64,000 nt of DNA from Macrostomum lignano (lineage: Eukaryota): NCBI GenBank assembly GCA_002269645.1, contig NIVC01001234.1, positions 124,001 through 188,000 of the forward strand, read 5' to 3'. A program made the position numbers and the translations under genes. Below, in pieces: positions 45,101-56,740 of the stretch (position 1 is the stretch's first letter; every line of letters begins with the position of its first letter). Below the pieces are notes generated by a model. The model ran no database searches, had not been told where the DNA came from, and was given only the letters and a program-made list of their open reading frames with translations.

Positions 45101-48100
45101 GAAGGGCACCGAGCCAGAGTCCGTTCACGTCGTTCAGCAGTCGGCAACTGCCAGACGCTGTTTCCGGTGTCTCTCACAGCGGAATCTGGTATCCAAGTGT
45201 CCCTTCTTGAGCAAGAAATGCTTCAACTGCTCCAAGCAGGGGCACACGGCAGCTGCATGCAAGTCCCAGGCATCCAGTGGTCGACGCAAGAACCAGGCGG
45301 CGGTGCGCGAAGTCGAGTCGGAGATGGAGGAGACAGGTCCTGCCGCTGCTCGTGGTAGATGGCTCCGGTTCAGATTTGATTGGGCGAGACTGGCTGGCCG
45401 ATCTGCCCCTGGACTGGCGCGGGATCGAGCAGATGCAGTCGCATCAGAGCGGTGAGCATCCTATGATCCGCGACCTGCTGAAGCAGTATTCCGGTGTGTT
45501 CGAGTCCGGACTCGGCCAGTATACAGGGCGGCCAGTGTAGCTGCGACTGAATGACGGGGCCCGGCCTCGCTTTCTAAAGGCCCGCAACGTGCATTTCGCG
45601 CTGAAGGCCAAGGTTGAGGCACAGCTAGACAAAGAGATTGAGCAAGGTGTGCTAAAGCCCGTGAGTAGCTCTGACTAAGCATCGCTTATTGTTCCGGTGC
45701 TCAAGCCCGATGGATCCGTTCGCATCTGTGCCGACTTCAAGCAGACGGTGAATCTCGACGTGGAACCGGAAAAGTATCCGCTGCCTCGGATTGACGAGCG
45801 ATTCGCTAAGCTGGCCGGAGGGCAGAAGTTTACGAAGCTCGACCTCTCTCTCACAGGCGTATTTGCAGATGCCTCTGGACGAGGTCTCTCAACAGATCTG
45901 CACCATCAACACGTCCAAAGGGCAGCTGCGCTACACCCGGCTTCCGTTTGGCGTGGCGCCTGCAGTCGGAATTTTTCAGCGGCTCATGGATAGCCTGCTG
46001 CAGGCCATTCCGCATGTCACCTGTTTCATCGATGATCTCATCATCACCGGGAGCGACGACGAGAGCCCCTGCGTTCACTAGAGTTGGTTCTACAGCGCCT
46101 GCAGCAGAGTGGCCTGAAGTGCGGACTGAACAAGTGCAGCTTCATGCAAGAGAGTGTGAGCTATCTGGGACATCGAATCGATGCTGCCAGCTTTCACCCG
46201 CTGTCAGAGAACTTGACTTACTTGACTTAGCTGCAGGGGGCTCCGGAAACAGCGAGTTTCCAGTTTCGAGTGTTTGTGCGTCCGGAAATAGCGAGGAGGC
46301 GTTGCCGCCCATTTCGCTGTCAGAGAAGGTGCGGGCCATCATGGATGCGCAAGCGCCCAAGGACGAGACTCAGCTCCGCAGCTTCCTGAGGTTGGTCAAC
46401 TACTATGGCAAATTCCTGCCGAACCTGTCCACCGAGCTGGCCCCACTGCATCGTCTACTGAACCGGGATGCTGCCTTCCGTAAGTGCAAAGAGCTGTTCA
46501 GCAGGGTGCCAGTGCTCGCACATTTCGATGAGCGGCAGCCGCTAGTGCTGGAGTGCGACGCTTCTCCATACGGCTTAAGCGCTGTCATCAGTCATCGAAT
46601 CAACGGTATCGACAGACCGATCGCCTTTGCCTCGCGCTCCTGATTTCATCCTTCTGCTTCATTCAGAGCATGCATTTATTAATATTAATAACATAGAGCA
46701 TAGAGCATTGGTCTTAATAATTAGCATAGAGCATAGAAGATTAATCTTATTAATAGTATAGAGCATGCACATTCACAACATCCAGCAAACCTGGAACAGC
46801 ATCGCCAGAGCCGAATAGGCAGTGTAGACAGCATGGAATCGGCTTCGGTCCTTGTGACGCCGGTACAGACCAGTCAAGGTCAGCGCGAGGAGAACGGCGC
46901 TCCCGAGACCTGCCAGCCAGACGTACAGGTGCATCGAAGTGGCAAACTGAAACATGGACTCGGTGGGGTCGCTGCGCACCTCGCGGAAAAGCACAGACAT
47001 GTTTGTCTGGATGTACGCGCGGCTTAACGTCGCCGGCCAGCTCGCCATCTGGTGCGAAAGCGACGTCGACGGCGGCGTCATCGCTGAACAGGCAATGTCG
47101 GCGCGACCGTCGGCGAGTGCGCCGGCAACTCGCACCCATGCGTCATTGTCGATTGCAGTGGCGTTGGGAAGCAGCTCCAAGGACAAGTTGGTAATCTGCC
47201 AGTTTTATTGGAATTTTTCGGGCTGAATGTAATCTAATTAGAGAACCTATTACGTAAATAAGACCTCTAAAATATTGGAAATCCTTTGACAAGTTTCAGT
47301 TGACAGGTGTTAGATAGCAGGTAGGTCAGTGGAAAGGACATCATTAGTGGGCATCAATAGACAGGGGCGTCAATGAACTGCTATTAGAGGAAATTCACCC
47401 CAAATAGGAACGCTCACCCCAAGGTTCTGCCTGAGCAGCCGGATGCACAACTCGAAGGAAAATCCTTCCAGGCGATCCTCCAACGCCTGACCGGTCTTGT
47501 CTTCCATGCCCGTCTTGAATCGGACGTACGGGTTGTCCTGTAGTGTTTTGGTTAGATGTAGAAAAAAAATAATTTATTACTCCGATAAGTAGTGCAATGA
47601 GGAGATGCAGTCTCTCCGCTCTCTCCTTTTCACTTCTGTGTTGACTGTTTGCACTACCGGTAACGAATTGTCTATGGCCATGTTGAAGTTCATGTTATTT
47701 CAGTGTACATCTCGAGCTGCGCCATCAGCTTCTCTCCATCCTATCCTCGCTTCTCCCCATCCTCTCCTCGCTTCTCTCCATCCTCTCCTTCTCGCTTCTT
47801 TCCACCCTGTCCTTCTCGCTGTTCTCCATCCTCTCCTCGCTTCTCTCCGACCTCTCCTCGCTTCTCTCCACCCTCTAATCCTCGCCTCTCTGCCCTCTCC
47901 TCTCCTTTTGCCCCCCTGCCCTTCTAAGCCAGACTTGCCAGCACGAGAAGCACTTTCAGCGGCGCCTGTCTGTAGTGCTGCAGGACGGCCTCTCGCGAAG
48001 TGTCGGTCGGCCTCATCGGACTCAGGCTGAACCGACCGTCTGTTGAAAACTCGCCCACCTGTACGTGCGGCAAAAGAGAATTCATGACAGAACAAAGCAA

Positions 48101-51100
48101 TATATCAAGCAGTTGTATGTGCTTCTTTTACTACTGTTAGTACACTTTGAGCTGCTAAAGAGCGCCTAGTTGCAGCTGACTCACCAGCTCCGGTCGCAGC
48201 GGCAAGTTCCGGTAGATGCCGAGGCGCCAGTTGTCACGAACGACTGCACCGTCGGGGAGCAGGCGAAATGTTCCCGTCAGCCCGGTGACATTTTTCTCCT
48301 GCAGAGTCTGTGGAAGGCATTAATAGAGCCTTTAAATGCACATACTGCTAATAGTAGTCAGGCTACCTTGCCTTAATCACTTTAGTCACAATAAATGAGC
48401 CAATGCACATGCGTGCCTGAATTGCTGTGCTTTCTTGGAAAGACGTACTCGCAGACCTCGCTTTTTCTCTTCCCATCATTCTCGCCTCTCTCTCTCCTTC
48501 TCGCCTTTCCCTCCTTCCCGCCTCTCTCCCTTCTCGCCTTTCCCTCCTTCTCGCCTCGCTCCCTCCTTCTCGCCTCTCTCTCTCCTTCTCGCCTCTCCCT
48601 CCTCGCCTCTCTCCCTCCTTCTCGCCTCTCCCTTCTTCTCGCCTCTCTCTCTCTCCTCGCCTCTCCCTCCTCGCCTCTCTCCCTCCTTCTTGAGGTGCCG
48701 GGCGTGTTTTGATGTACTGCACTGCACCTGACTCACCTGAGTCCAATTATGAGTAACTCTAACTAGCCAGCCAGCCTAACTAACCAAACCGGCCTACTCC
48801 GGTGTACGCTGCTCTGCGTACTTTTTCTCTCTCTCCCCCTTGACATGATAATATTCAGTAGTGATCGATTCTGAGTTTTAAGCCCACTTACTTGTTGTCT
48901 TTTAAGCCTATATATTGGTCTCGCCACCTACCACCTCGTATCTCACAATCATTGCAATAATTCGCTCATCTCAAATACACAACTTCGTACTTGACTCAAA
49001 CCAAGCCCACGGGCGGCCTTGTCATCGTTTACTGGGCGCGACTTGACACTTCTCGCCTCTCCCTTCTTCTCGCCTCTCTCTCTCTCCTTCTCGCCTCTCT
49101 CTCTCTTCTCGCCTCTCTCCCTTCTTCTCGCCTCTCTCCCTCCTTTTCGCCTCTCCCTTCTTCTCGCCTCTCTCCCTTCTTCTCGCCTCTCTCTCTCCTT
49201 CTCGCCTCTCCCTCCTTCTCGCCTCTCTCTCTCTTCTCGCCTCTCTCCCTCATTCTCGCCTCTCTCCCTCCTTCTCGCCTCTCTCCCTCCTTCTCGCCTC
49301 TCCCTCCTTCTCGTCTCTCCCTTCTTCTCGCCTCTCTCCCTCCTTCTCGCCTCTCTCTCTCTCTCCTTCTCGCCTCTCTCTCTCCTTCTCGCCTCTCTCC
49401 CTCCTTCTCGCCTCTCCCTTCTTCTCGCCTCTCTCTCTCTCCTTCTCGCCTCTCCCTTCTTCTCGCCTCTCTCCCTTCTTCTCGCCTCTCTCTCTCTTCT
49501 TCTCGCCTCTCTCTCTCCTTCTTGCCTCTCTCCCTCCTTCTCGCCTCTCTCCCTTCTTCTCGCCTCTCTCTCTTCTTCTCGCCTCTCTCCCTTCTTCTCG
49601 CCTCTCTCCCTTCTTCTCGCCTCTCTCCCTTCTTCTCGCCCCTCTCCCCTCTCCTTCCGTCCATTCTCCAGACCAGCCAATTCTAATCTTAATTCCATTC
49701 CCAGACTGTCGGACTCAGCTGAATTGATAATAAATGGTCTTACGCCATTGCCGCAGGCGAGCTGCCTGACGAACTCGGTCCACGCGCTGAGCAGGTCGTA
49801 CAGCATCACGTGCTCCGTAGTTGGCAATTTGCGGCCCAATTCCTCAGTAAAAGGTCCGAACTCCATAGCAGTAACGTTGTCGGCCTCGTTGGCAAACACC
49901 AAAGACTCGGTGTCATTGCGCCGCTCGCTGCCCACCGCTAAGCCCTTTGAGGTTCGTGTGTGGTTCAACGAGACTTCTGTACAGTCTTGCAAGTTTTTCT
50001 GCACTCCGAATGCAAATTTTATTGAAATAGCAAGTCATGCCTCCGCTGACAGAACTTGCAACAATTGAGGGTTGTGAAAGAGCCTGGGTTGGGGTTGTCC
50101 GCACCAAGTTTTGTCTATGGTAAAACCCCCACTATGCTAAAGTTTGTGCGGACTTCAGCGGCATTTTGCTGTTTTTCGATCATTCTGTGAATGAACCTTC
50201 ACAAAACGCGCACTTTCTTAATTTTATTGTAGGAACTTGAGAGGCCGACCATTTTGTCTATCATTACGATAGTGTTAAAGCTTGAAGTTTCTTATCTCGA
50301 AAAAGCCTGCCTTCAACTCCAAGTAAGGATATTTTGAAACGCTAAAGATGGTTTATTCTGGCCGAGCATCAAATCCGTCACGATCACCAGGTGATTTTAT
50401 AAGCGACAGTCCCAGCTCAGTCTGCATGCCCCCGGTTGTCCCCCAAAGCCAACCTGAATCGCTCGCTGCAATTTGATTCTTCAGAATAGCAGAAAGCGAA
50501 GACACTTTATTTACGCACAAATTTACCAACAGATAAAATCTCTCCTCCATTTGCCTGCGCGTTTTTTGCGATTTTTTTGTGCTTTTCTACGCCAGCGAGT
50601 CCGTCAATCCAGTCTCCCAGCTTCATCGTAAACAGGCTGACAGGGGATGACAGCCGATTTCTCGGCGCTGATTAAAGCCTCGATTTCCTCTTTTTTTAAG
50701 TAAAAGAAGACAAACAAAATTGTTTCTGCTTTTTTCTCTCCTGAACAGCCAGCCGGGCTCCTCAAATCTGATGACACTTTGCCCTAACAAATCTCTCCAA
50801 GACAGATGAGGTCTGACAGGTGGATGCTGGAGAGTCATTTTCGCCTCCTTGGGGCTGCAGTGGCAAGAAAAACATTTGTCCGGCTTTCTGTCGGCAACTG
50901 CGCGGCCGCATGAAGCCAGCTGCGCTCCTTGTGGCTCGGCTGCTTTTTGGGAACTATTGACTGATTTAAATGTAATTTTGGAATCGGAGATTAGGAACTC
51001 ACCAACTCCTCATTCAGAGTATCAGTCAGCTCATTGCAGCACCCTGATCACTGACAGTCCTTCTTCATCAGTCATCAGTGAATTCACTCATCCACTTGAT

Positions 51101-53382
51101 TCATCCATCACTCCATTCATATATCACTATATTCACTCATCGCTGCATTTACTCATCATCACTGCATTCACTTATCACTACATTCACTCTTCACAGCATC
51201 CATTCATCACTGCGTTCACTCATCATTACATTCACTCATTCCTACATTCACTCATCCCTACATTCACTCACCATTGCATTCACTCGTCACTGCATTCACT
51301 CATCACTGCTTTCACTCATCACTACATTCACTCATCCTTACATTCACTCACCATTGCATTCACTCATTACCGCATCCCTCATCACTGCGTTCACTCATCA
51401 CTACATTCACTCATCACTACATTCACTCATCACTACATTCACTCATCACTACATTCACTCATCACTACATTCACTCATCACTACACTCACTCATCACTAC
51501 ATTCACTCATCACTACATTCACTCATCACTACATTCACTCATCACTACATTCACTCATCACTACATTCACTCATCACTACATTCACTCATCACTACATTT
51601 ACTCATCACTACATTCACTCATCACTACATTCACTCATCACTACATTCACTCATCAAGCCGGTCACTTTGCATTAGCGGTGGCAGCAGAGCTGATCCTAC
51701 CGTGTCAAACAGCAGCCATCGCTGCTGGGTTTCCCGCAGTCTGGTGCCAGCAGCAGCCTGCAGCAGCCGGTTCAGCAGCGGCCGCCCGGCCACCACCAGC
51801 AGCAGCCGGTCTGGCCTGAAGGGGTGCAGCAGGCGGTCCACAATCTCGGCGGCGTTGCTTCCGTCAACGTCCAGTCGGTGACAGTCGACGCCGCCTCCGC
51901 TGCCGGCGCCGCCGCCGTTGGGAAAGATCGGCGCCAGATCGCGCACCCGGTACGGCGCGCCGACAATCAGCGACGCCGAGGTGACGAGCTGCGTGGCCGC
52001 GGCTGCCAGCGCCAGTCCGGGCGCCAGCTGCAGCATCGGCGGCGACGGCGCAGCCACTGACGAGTGCCAGCGGAGCGAAGGCGGCGCCGCCGATCGCAGC
52101 ATCCGACTCCAGGCACTGCGGCCCATATTGTCGGTGTTGTCCTCTGCATCGACAGCGAAGAGGAAGTTCGAACTCGACAGCCGGTGGGCGTCTGGAAAGT
52201 TTTTGTTGTTTGGAGAAGGTCTGTGAGTTCCTTGGTGACTTTTTGCTCTGAGTTCCTAGCATTTATAGTGTCAAGGACGCTTAAGTCCCAAAAGTATTGG
52301 ACTGACAAGGACATTGGACTGACAAGGACATTGGACTGACAAGGACATTGGACTGTCAAGGACATTGGACTGACAAGGACATTGGACTGACAAGGACATT
52401 GGACTGACAAGGACATTGGACTGACAAGGACATTGGACTGAAAAGGACATTGGACTGACAAGGACATTGGACTGACAAGGACATTGGACTGACAAGGACA
52501 TTGGACTGACAAGGACATTGGACTGACAAGGACATTGGACTGACAAGGACATTGGACTGACAAGGACATTGGACTGACAAGGACATTGGACTGACAAGGA
52601 CATTGGACTGACAAGGACATTGGACTGACAAGGACATTGGACTGACAAGGACATTGGACTGACAAGGACATTGGACTGACAAGGACATTGGACTGACAGG
52701 GACATTGGACTGACAAGGACATTGGACTGACAAGGACATTGGACTGACAAGGACATTGGACTGACAAGGACATTGGACTGACAAGGACATTGGACTGACA
52801 AGGACATTGGACTGACAAGGACATTGGACTGACAGGGACATTGGACTGACAAGGACATTAGACTGACAAGGACGTTGGATTGGCAGGATTTTTTTGAAGA
52901 GAAAGTAGAATCAGGAAAATTGAAGCCCAGCTCGGATCAGAGGCAGTAGTTGATGGTCTTACAGGTGCAAAAAGTATTGATTCACACTAACTCAATTTCA
53001 GAGAATTTGAACTCAAAGTTTAGAATCTCAGGGAGACTCTCACAGGACTCCAGCAGCTCCAGGGGCGGCCACTTTGGCAGCGGGAATTCTTCGAATGTCA
53101 GAGCCGCATGCGCGGCGGCGGGACACGAGCTGCGCAGTTTGGACTCGAACAGGTCTTTGTACAGGCCGCTCAGGTCCGCTGCCACCCCGGCCCGGGTCCA
53201 GAACACGGCTGCAATCATGGCGGTGGTGTTGTACAGGAAGAGAATCACTCCAGTTTAAAATAGCAGTCAATTTCTGGATAGCAGCGCTGCTCACCGAACG
53301 AATAGTTGGCCGCGCCCTGTGATGAGGCTGCCAAGGCAATGATGACGGCAATGCTGCCTAAGAGAGATCGCGACTTTGCCAT
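42176..53382 (-). CDS. Distant iGluR/IR-like paralog E, 10 exons (53382-53295, 53208-53044, 52191-51701, ~49998-49744, 48307-48185, 48058-47939, 47537-47418, 47195-46791, 44408-43880, 42515-42176); apparent frameshift at 44267-44270
   Basis: Signal peptide [23 protein letters not shown]. Exon-by-exon homology to B/C/D: [31 protein letters not shown] (120-nt exon, as in B), [21 protein letters not shown]|[28 protein letters not shown]. Confidence 0.82.
44620..46643 (+). mobile_element. Decayed Ty3/Gypsy LTR retrotransposon internal region (gag, zinc knuckle, RT, start of RNase H) in intron 8 of gene E
   Basis: Gag [17 protein letters not shown] and [14 protein letters not shown]; [32 protein letters not shown]; RNase [18 protein letters not shown]. 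It has stops and frameshifts, and no protease, integrase or recognisable LTRs. Confidence 0.9.
46212..46314 (-). mobile_element. ~100-bp insertion nested in the Gypsy RT, flanked by a 13-bp direct repeat
   Basis: CGCTGTCAGAGAA at 46199-46211 and 46315-46327. Removing the insert restores [10 protein letters not shown]. One end has a (TAAGTCAAG)2 tail on the - strand. Confidence 0.7.
47720..49660. repeat. Three blocks of a C/T-rich 'cttctcgcctctc' simple repeat (47720-47930, 48470-48690, 49047-49660) in introns 6 and 4 of gene E
   Basis: Directly visible; it explains the Arg/Glu- and Leu/Ser/Pro-rich ORFs. Confidence 0.92.
51095..51655. repeat. 16-bp minisatellite (cactacattcactcat) with a degenerate 5' end, E intron 3
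   Basis: Period 16 (51421 and 51437). Confidence 0.93.
52291..52880. repeat. 17-bp minisatellite (ggactgacaaggacatt) x~34, E intron 2
   Basis: Near-perfect head-to-tail copies. Confidence 0.95.
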
Positions 53383-53843
53383 CTGGAATTGTGATTTGAT
53401 TTTTATTTCCGTTCAAAAAGCATCGAATCCTTCGGCTAATTTGTCTTAATTGTGCTTGTTCTTATAGGTGACGAGGGAGAGAGAGAGACAGAAACGGAGG
53501 GGTTGACAGTGAGAGCGAGTACATCTCTAGCTCACAGCTCAAGCTCTCAACTCAAGCCAGACAATGGAGCAGGCAGACAATAGGCAGTGCAGAGATCAGC
53601 CTCAGGCTCAGAGACTGGCGCACAAGAAGGAGCTGGGGGCGAGCGGCCAAATCCATGATTTCCAGCTCTCAAAGAGCGTTTTTGGTTGCGGCTGCACATC
53701 CAGGTTGTTTCTGCTTCAAGAGGCAGCAAAACTTTGATTGTCAATCTCTGCCAGGTAGTTACAACCGGCCCTGAATTTTTCATTGACCCCATGGGAGCGC
53801 ATAGAGAAGACTATTTTTCCATTGCCAGTGCCAACTAGTCGCA

Positions 53844-53938
53844 GTTGTGAATGCTGATATCTAGCCAGTTGTGAATGCTGATATCTAGCCAGTTGTGAAT
53901 GCTGATATCTAGCCAGTTGTGAATGCTGATATCTAGCC
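53844..53938. repeat. 24-bp tandem repeat x4 upstream of gene E
   Basis: gttgtgaatgctgatatctagcca at 53844, 53868 and onward. Confidence 0.9.
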
Positions 53939-54589
53939 AAACCGTACAGGCCTACTAAAAGAAAGCCGAAAGGCAAACATCGGCTTAGGAATGTTTAAAC
54001 TGTAATTTGCGCTCAATTGAGCAGCTCGGCCCCCGTCAGGCGGAGGACGGGGATGGCTGCCGGGATCAGCTGGGATCGGGGCGAGAGCGGGAGGGGCAGA
54101 GCGTGACTCGAGAAGCTCAAGAAGGGGGAATAAATAAGGGAGAAAGGCGGGGGATAATGATACAGTGGCATCCTCAATCCTGATTACAGCGCGCCTGTCT
54201 GTTAATTCGTTTGAATCAGTCAGATGCGGCAGTAAGGCAGTAAAAGGTAAATCATGCGGTGAGCTTGAGGAGTTGTGAGATGACGGGGAGAGGCAGAGAA
54301 AAAATTAAAACATCCCATTAAGCTGGGCCTGTTGGGATGGGGAGTCTCTCCGTTTGGCTATTCATTACTGAGCGGAGTGAAGCCCCAGCCATTAATCACT
54401 GCTCACGGTCGATATCCCCTGGCGATCAGCCCCCCTCCCCAACAACCCCTGGGACTTCGGTCTGAGCCTCCTCTCTTCCCCATATCTATTTTTGAAGATC
54501 GCCCGGCCCCTCAATTCTGCGTCTCTCTAACTTTGTTGTGCGCTCGCAATGTCAATTCACGATGCTCGCTTCGATTGCTCTTCTAGAGT

Positions 54590-55090
54590 CACTGTCACTG
54601 TCACTGTCCCCGTCACTGTCCCTGTCACCGTCACTGTCACTGTCACTGTCACTGTCACTGTCACTGTCACTGTCACTGTCACTGTCACTGTCCCCGTCAC
54701 TGTCCCTGTCACTGTCACTGTCACTGTCACTGTCACTGTCACTGTCACTGTCACTGTCACTGTCACTGTCCCCGTCACTGTTCCTGTCACTGTCACTGTC
54801 ACTGTCACTGTCACTGTCACTGTCACTGTCACTGTCACTGTCACTGTCACTGTCACTGTTACTGTTACTGCCACTGTTATTGTTGCTGCTATTGTCACTG
54901 TTATTGTCACTGTTACTGTCACTGTTACTGTTACTGTCACTGTTACTGTCACTGTCAAAGTGTCCCTCTCAGTTCCACTATTAATGTCACTCTTTGAGTC
55001 ACTCTCAGTATCACTGACTGGCACACTCAGTGTCACTCTCAGAGTCACTCTCAATATCACTCTCAGTGTCACACCCAGCGTCACTCTCAA
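54590..55090. repeat. (GTCACT)n microsatellite grading into GTTACT and a 10-mer tcactctcag variant
   Basis: Directly visible. Confidence 0.95.
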
Positions 55091-56139
55091 TGACAGCCAT
55101 TGGTTTTCTGGTTACTGCTTCCTCTGTTTCTCCCTTTTCCTTCCTCCCCATTGCTGCAGTTGCCAATTCCAGGAAATCCTCTCTGCGCCCCAACCGCCCG
55201 CCATTGCCTCCCGTCACGGATTTCAAAGAGGTGTAAAATTATTGTTGGTGCAAAAAGCCGATCTGCATTCTTTATGACGAAGGTGATTGAACCGCGGCTG
55301 AGCAGCGCGATGCGGCACACCTGGAGGCTGGTCAGGTGTAAGAAAAGCATTTTGATGTCTCTGGCCAGATGCTCGATCCCCCCAATCGGCAAGGTGGCTC
55401 TCCAACCCATCGACTCTTTTTTATTAATCCACTTAAGAGCCGCCCGCCGCGCCGCTCCCGAGGAACCCCTGCCTCCGGTCGCACTTTACACAGAAAACGT
55501 TTTAGTCCCCAGCCCAAATTGGTCAGTTTTTTGGCCTCCTTGACACTTGAATGCTGGCGATAAAAATGATACAATGCCCCCGCCAAGTGGCACCCATCGC
55601 TTCACATTCAGATACTGTCTTCAACTTATCCGTCTCTACAGTCAACAGGTTATGCAAATGGGGGATATTTAGTAGCAGAGAAATTCTGGGAAACTAAACA
55701 GCCGTCCTCAGGCCCCCAGCAACCCGGGAAATCAAAGACGCCTCTTTCAGAATCTGCGAACTTCCACAACTGCCCGACCTCCGCAGTTCCGCGGCGCGGC
55801 AGCTGACGCGTTGCAGATATTGCGGAACAACAGGGCTCGGACTTCCCCTCACTGAAGGTAAAACGATGATGATGACGCCACCTCAATCCCCAATTCAATT
55901 CCTGGGTTAAAATTCTAAATGCAGATTTTGTCAGCCAAGTTGTAAGCCATGGTTGCATCACGGCCGGGCCTGGGCTGGCAACACGGCCGATTCACTGGGG
56001 AGTTCCACTCGGCTTCTGGGACTCGGCTCCGCAGCTGTCCTGATGCATCACGCGGCCATTAAATAAACTTTGTCCGCTCTTGTCGTTACCTGTCCATCCT
56101 GCAGTCCCAACTGCTGTCAGATCTTCTGTCATGTCTCTT

Positions 56140-56740
56140 CTATACTGTCTCCGATCCCGTCTCTTCCATCCCGTCTTTCCCATCCCATCTCTCCCATCCC
56201 GTCTCTTCTATCCTGTCTCCGATCCCGTCTCTTCCATCCCGTCTTTCCCATCCCATCTCTCCCATCCCGTCTCTTCTATCCTGTCTCCGATCCCGTCTCT
56301 TCCATCCCGTCTTTCCCATCCCGTCTCTCCCATCCCGTCTCTTCTATCCTGTCTCCCATCCCGTCTCTCCCATCCCGTCTCTTCTATCCTGTCTCCCATC
56401 CCGTCTCTTCCATCCCGTCTCTCCCATCCTGTCTCTCCCATCCCGTCTCTTCCATCTCGTCTCTCCCATCCTGTCTCTTCCTTCCTGTCTCTTCCATCCC
56501 GTCTCTTCCATCCCGTCTCTTCCATCCCGTCTCTTCCATCCCGTCTCTTCCATCTCATCTCTCCCATCCCGTCTCTCCCATCCCGTCTCTCCCATCCCGC
56601 CTCTCCCATCCCATCTCTCCCATCTCATCTCTCCCATCCCGTCTCTCCCATCCCGCCTCTCCCATCCCATCTCTCCCATCTCATCTCTCCCATCCCATCT
56701 CTCCCATCTCATCTCTCCCATCCCATCTCTCCCATCTTAT
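56140..56740. repeat. ~15-bp C/T-rich minisatellite (cccatcccgtctct...)
   Basis: Directly visible. Confidence 0.93.

Noticed and set aside
48363-50068. Arg/Glu-rich and Leu/Ser/Pro-rich ORFs up to 351 aa
   Set aside because: They are repeat translations. Only ~49998-49744 (-) is a real exon, belonging to gene E.
50849-52858. His/Thr-rich and Cys-rich ([17 protein letters not shown])n ORFs resembling metal-binding repeat proteins
   Set aside because: They arise from 16-bp and 17-bp intronic minisatellites of gene E, and the period is not a multiple of 3.
52291-52880. CRISPR-like appearance of the regular 17-bp array (also 5618-5950, 8925-9170, 51095-51655)
   Set aside because: Units are head-to-tail with no unique spacers, there are no cas genes, and the context is a eukaryotic intron.
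54538-55277. Poly(VT) and poly(SL) ORFs resembling antifreeze or mucin proteins
   Set aside because: A stop-free (GTCACT)n hexamer is open in every frame by construction.
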